From the NCBI RefSeq assembly GCF_016433145.1, contig NC_058131.1, positions 144,040,862 through 144,104,861 on the forward strand: a stretch of DNA of 64,000 nucleotides, written 5' to 3'. The translations under genes were made by a program, and so were the position numbers. The DNA comes from Gracilinanus agilis. Lineage: Eukaryota. The notes beneath the pieces were generated by a model. The model was not told the DNA's origin. It saw only the letters and a list, made by a program, of their open reading frames with translations, and ran no database searches. Shown here in pieces: positions 61,660 through 64,000 of the stretch (its first letter is position 1; every line of letters starts with the position of its first letter).

Positions 61660-61702
<43 letters not shown>
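61635..61702. repeat. (GT)n/(GAGTGT)n compound microsatellite near the end of intron 4
   Basis: Seen directly. Confidence 0.98.
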
Positions 61703-61703
<1 letters not shown>

Positions 61704-61787
61704 TCTGCGCGCTAATAGGTCAGGGATATGAATTGCGCATCTGCTGAATTGGAAGACACCTATTATTTACAACCGGCCCTTTCTTCG

Positions 61788-61824
<37 letters not shown>

Positions 61825-61857
61825 TTTTTTTTTTTCTTCTCCCTCTTTCTTTCCCAG

Positions 61858-61949
61858 TGGCAGATCGAAAGCCTTCCAGCCCAGTCGGCAAATCCCAAGA
61901 CACCCTTAGTAATCTACACGGACTGTCTATCCCGGCTTCGTCTTCCTAG
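61858..61949 (+). CDS. PAX1: PAX1 exon 5 coding part (stop TAG 61947-61949)
   Basis: Long pyrimidine tract then TTCCCAG|TG. Encodes (V)ADRKPSSPVGKSQDTLSNLHGLSIPASSS*, matching the recalled conserved PAX1 C-terminus (...LHGL[SP]IPAS[TS]S). Confidence 0.93.
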
Positions 61950-63158
61950 GGAGGAGCAGCGGCTTCCAGGCGCCCGAGGAAGAGAGAACTGAAAAGGAGT
62001 GGGACCTGTGAGAGGGGAGGGAGGCATGGAAGTGGAGATAAGGTGGGAATGGGCACCTGCAAAAATTGCAAGCGAAATTTTAAAAGTCCTAAGAGGATGC
62101 TCTGATGCAGCGTGAAACTTTGGGGAAGGAGAAGGAATGGAGAGGAAACTGGATCCAAGATCCGCTGCCTACCCTGAGAGAACCTAAGTTCTCTCACCAG
62201 GGTCAACGCCAAGCTGTCCCCGGAAGGGCTAAGAAAGCAGCAACCCGCTGCCAGCCGAAAGGATTTGCTTTCCAACGAATCCCCATCTGTCCCTACCCTC
62301 CTTCCCCAGTCTGGGAAAGAAAAGGGTAACTATTGCTTTTTCGTTTCTTATCTGTATTCAGTTTCTCATAGTTAACTGAACTATTTAACTTTGCCAGACT
62401 TTTAACAATTCTTTCTCGACTGATTATATGCATTTCCATTCTAGATTTTCTCCTCACTATGCTGTCTACATTTTCTCTTTTTATTTCTCTTTTTTCCTGG
62501 TTCTCTGTCCTTATTTTGGTTCTTCTCTTTATTTCCCCCATCTACTTTTCTTTCTGCCAATAGTTTTCTTCTCCCTCTTTACCCTCGCCTTTCTCTTTTG
62601 TTTTTACTAGTCTTTTTTCTCAATTTTCTTCCCCATTCGTGTGTTTTCTCCAATGCTTCCTTTTGCTTAGAACTGAAAATAACTTTACAGATCATCTAAT
62701 GATTAGATTTTAATCCAATTCCTTCACTTTATGGATAAAGGTCCAGAGGCCTAGTTTTTACTGTCTTCCATCTCCTTTTTTTTTAACTCTCCCTTTCACT
62801 TTTTACTATTTTCCCCCCTTCTTTCAATAAATTGATAAGTGCCTAAGTTCATGGGCCTTCCTTATCCCCAAGCATAAACCTTAGAACATTCAACCTATCT
62901 CCTGGAGTCCTAATCCTTAACCTTCCTTTGAGCTTCCCAGACACTAGCCTCTGCCAGACTTCTTTCTCAGTCTCACTACTGGCCAAAGAATCAGATCCCC
63001 AGGCCTCCATTCTCACCTGCTTTCTCCCTTGAAGACCCAGTGCTGCACAGAGAGCCTGTATTGCCAGAAGTTCACAATAGGAACTGTGATGGTTGCCTCA
63101 CTGCCTAGGGAAATGGACAAAAAAGTCACAGCATTTTATTTTATATTTTTATAACATG

Positions 63159-63164
63159 AATAAA
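63159..63164 (+). terminator. Candidate PAX1 polyadenylation signal (alternatives at 62826-62831 and 63702-63707)
   Basis: AATAAA about 1.2 kb after the stop, preceded by a U-rich tract. Which signal is used cannot be read from sequence. Confidence 0.4.
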
Positions 63165-64000
63165 AATCCAATGAAACTGCTGCTTTTTCAGCCCTTGGTA
63201 TATTTTCTAGAAATCTTTGATATCCTACTGCCTTCCTAGAGAGTCTCCTATTTCTGTTCCTAATGCAGTAATTTTACCTGAATGGAGACTGGAATAGGGC
63301 CCAGGAGAAAAGACAGGACATCTTTTCTAACAGAACATTTTGTAGCTTTAATAGTTTGAGAATTTTCTTCTCTCTTGGAAATGCTGACTTCCCAACCCAG
63401 TGAATCTGAATAATATTAAAACATATCATTATTTCGGGTGTTCTGGAGTTCCATCATCTGTTAATTTCAACCACTAACTACTGCCAACATTATGGACTGT
63501 AAAAGTGTATAAGAGCTTTTGGCTTGTGAGTAAACTGGTGGGCAGTAAAACTTGAGAAGGATTTCTCTAAAGCCATAATAGCTAATAAATTTTTTAAGTT
63601 CAGAAGCTCTTGACCCTTGATATAAAACTGCTGTTTAATAGTTACAGAAAACATCAGGGTGAAAGTTTGTGACATTACCTGTTGAGTATGACTAACATGT
63701 AAATAAAAGAAAATTATGTTCCAGGATTTTTAAACACGCAGGATAAGATAATCTTTTTAAAAAAATGTTATTCTCTCCTTGATTCCCAAGATAGAATTTG
63801 TAACCTCAAAGTTCTCAAAGTAACTTGTCTTCTACCTTGAGTTTAATAGAATATCATCTCATTTGCTTTTTAAGATTTCCTCATAGTTTAGGCAAAGAAT
63901 AGGAATAGAAAGTGAAACTGCTATCAATTTTTTTGATGACCAGCAGAAACTCAGGTAAAAAAAAAGTTTTGGTAGCTGGAAACAAATGACTAAAATGAGT

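Overview
Eukaryotic genomic DNA from a marsupial, most likely a didelphid such as Monodelphis. The evidence is a near-consensus SINE1_Mdo-type element, Mar1 SINEs, marsupial-type L1 3' ends and a very CpG-poor background. There are two assembly gaps (706-843, 49136-49503). The only intact protein-coding gene is PAX1 on the + strand, with five coding exons: 49741-50023, 50710-51339, 53231-53373, 54004-54223 and 61858-61949. All introns are GT-AG. The product is 455 aa from the upstream ATG or 362 aa from the ATG at 50020. The ~48 kb upstream is a repeat-rich gene desert (L2, MIR/Mar1, L1, hAT-like DNA transposons, a decayed ERV1 pol/env remnant) with several repeat-free candidate enhancers. A CpG-retaining domain starts about 6 kb upstream of PAX1. 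The left end holds a disabled TRIML1-like B30.2/SPRY pseudogene on the - strand, whose 3' end is amplified as a ~420 bp tandem array running off the window. I see no CRISPR array, prokaryotic system, rRNA or tRNA gene. I cannot show a new biological system. The best leads are the TRIM-derived array, the PAX1 N-terminal extension and last-exon isoform logic, a TATA/FOX/T-box cluster in intron 4, and a possible spliced antisense transcript upstream of PAX1. All family assignments and cross-species comparisons are from memory, not from database searches.
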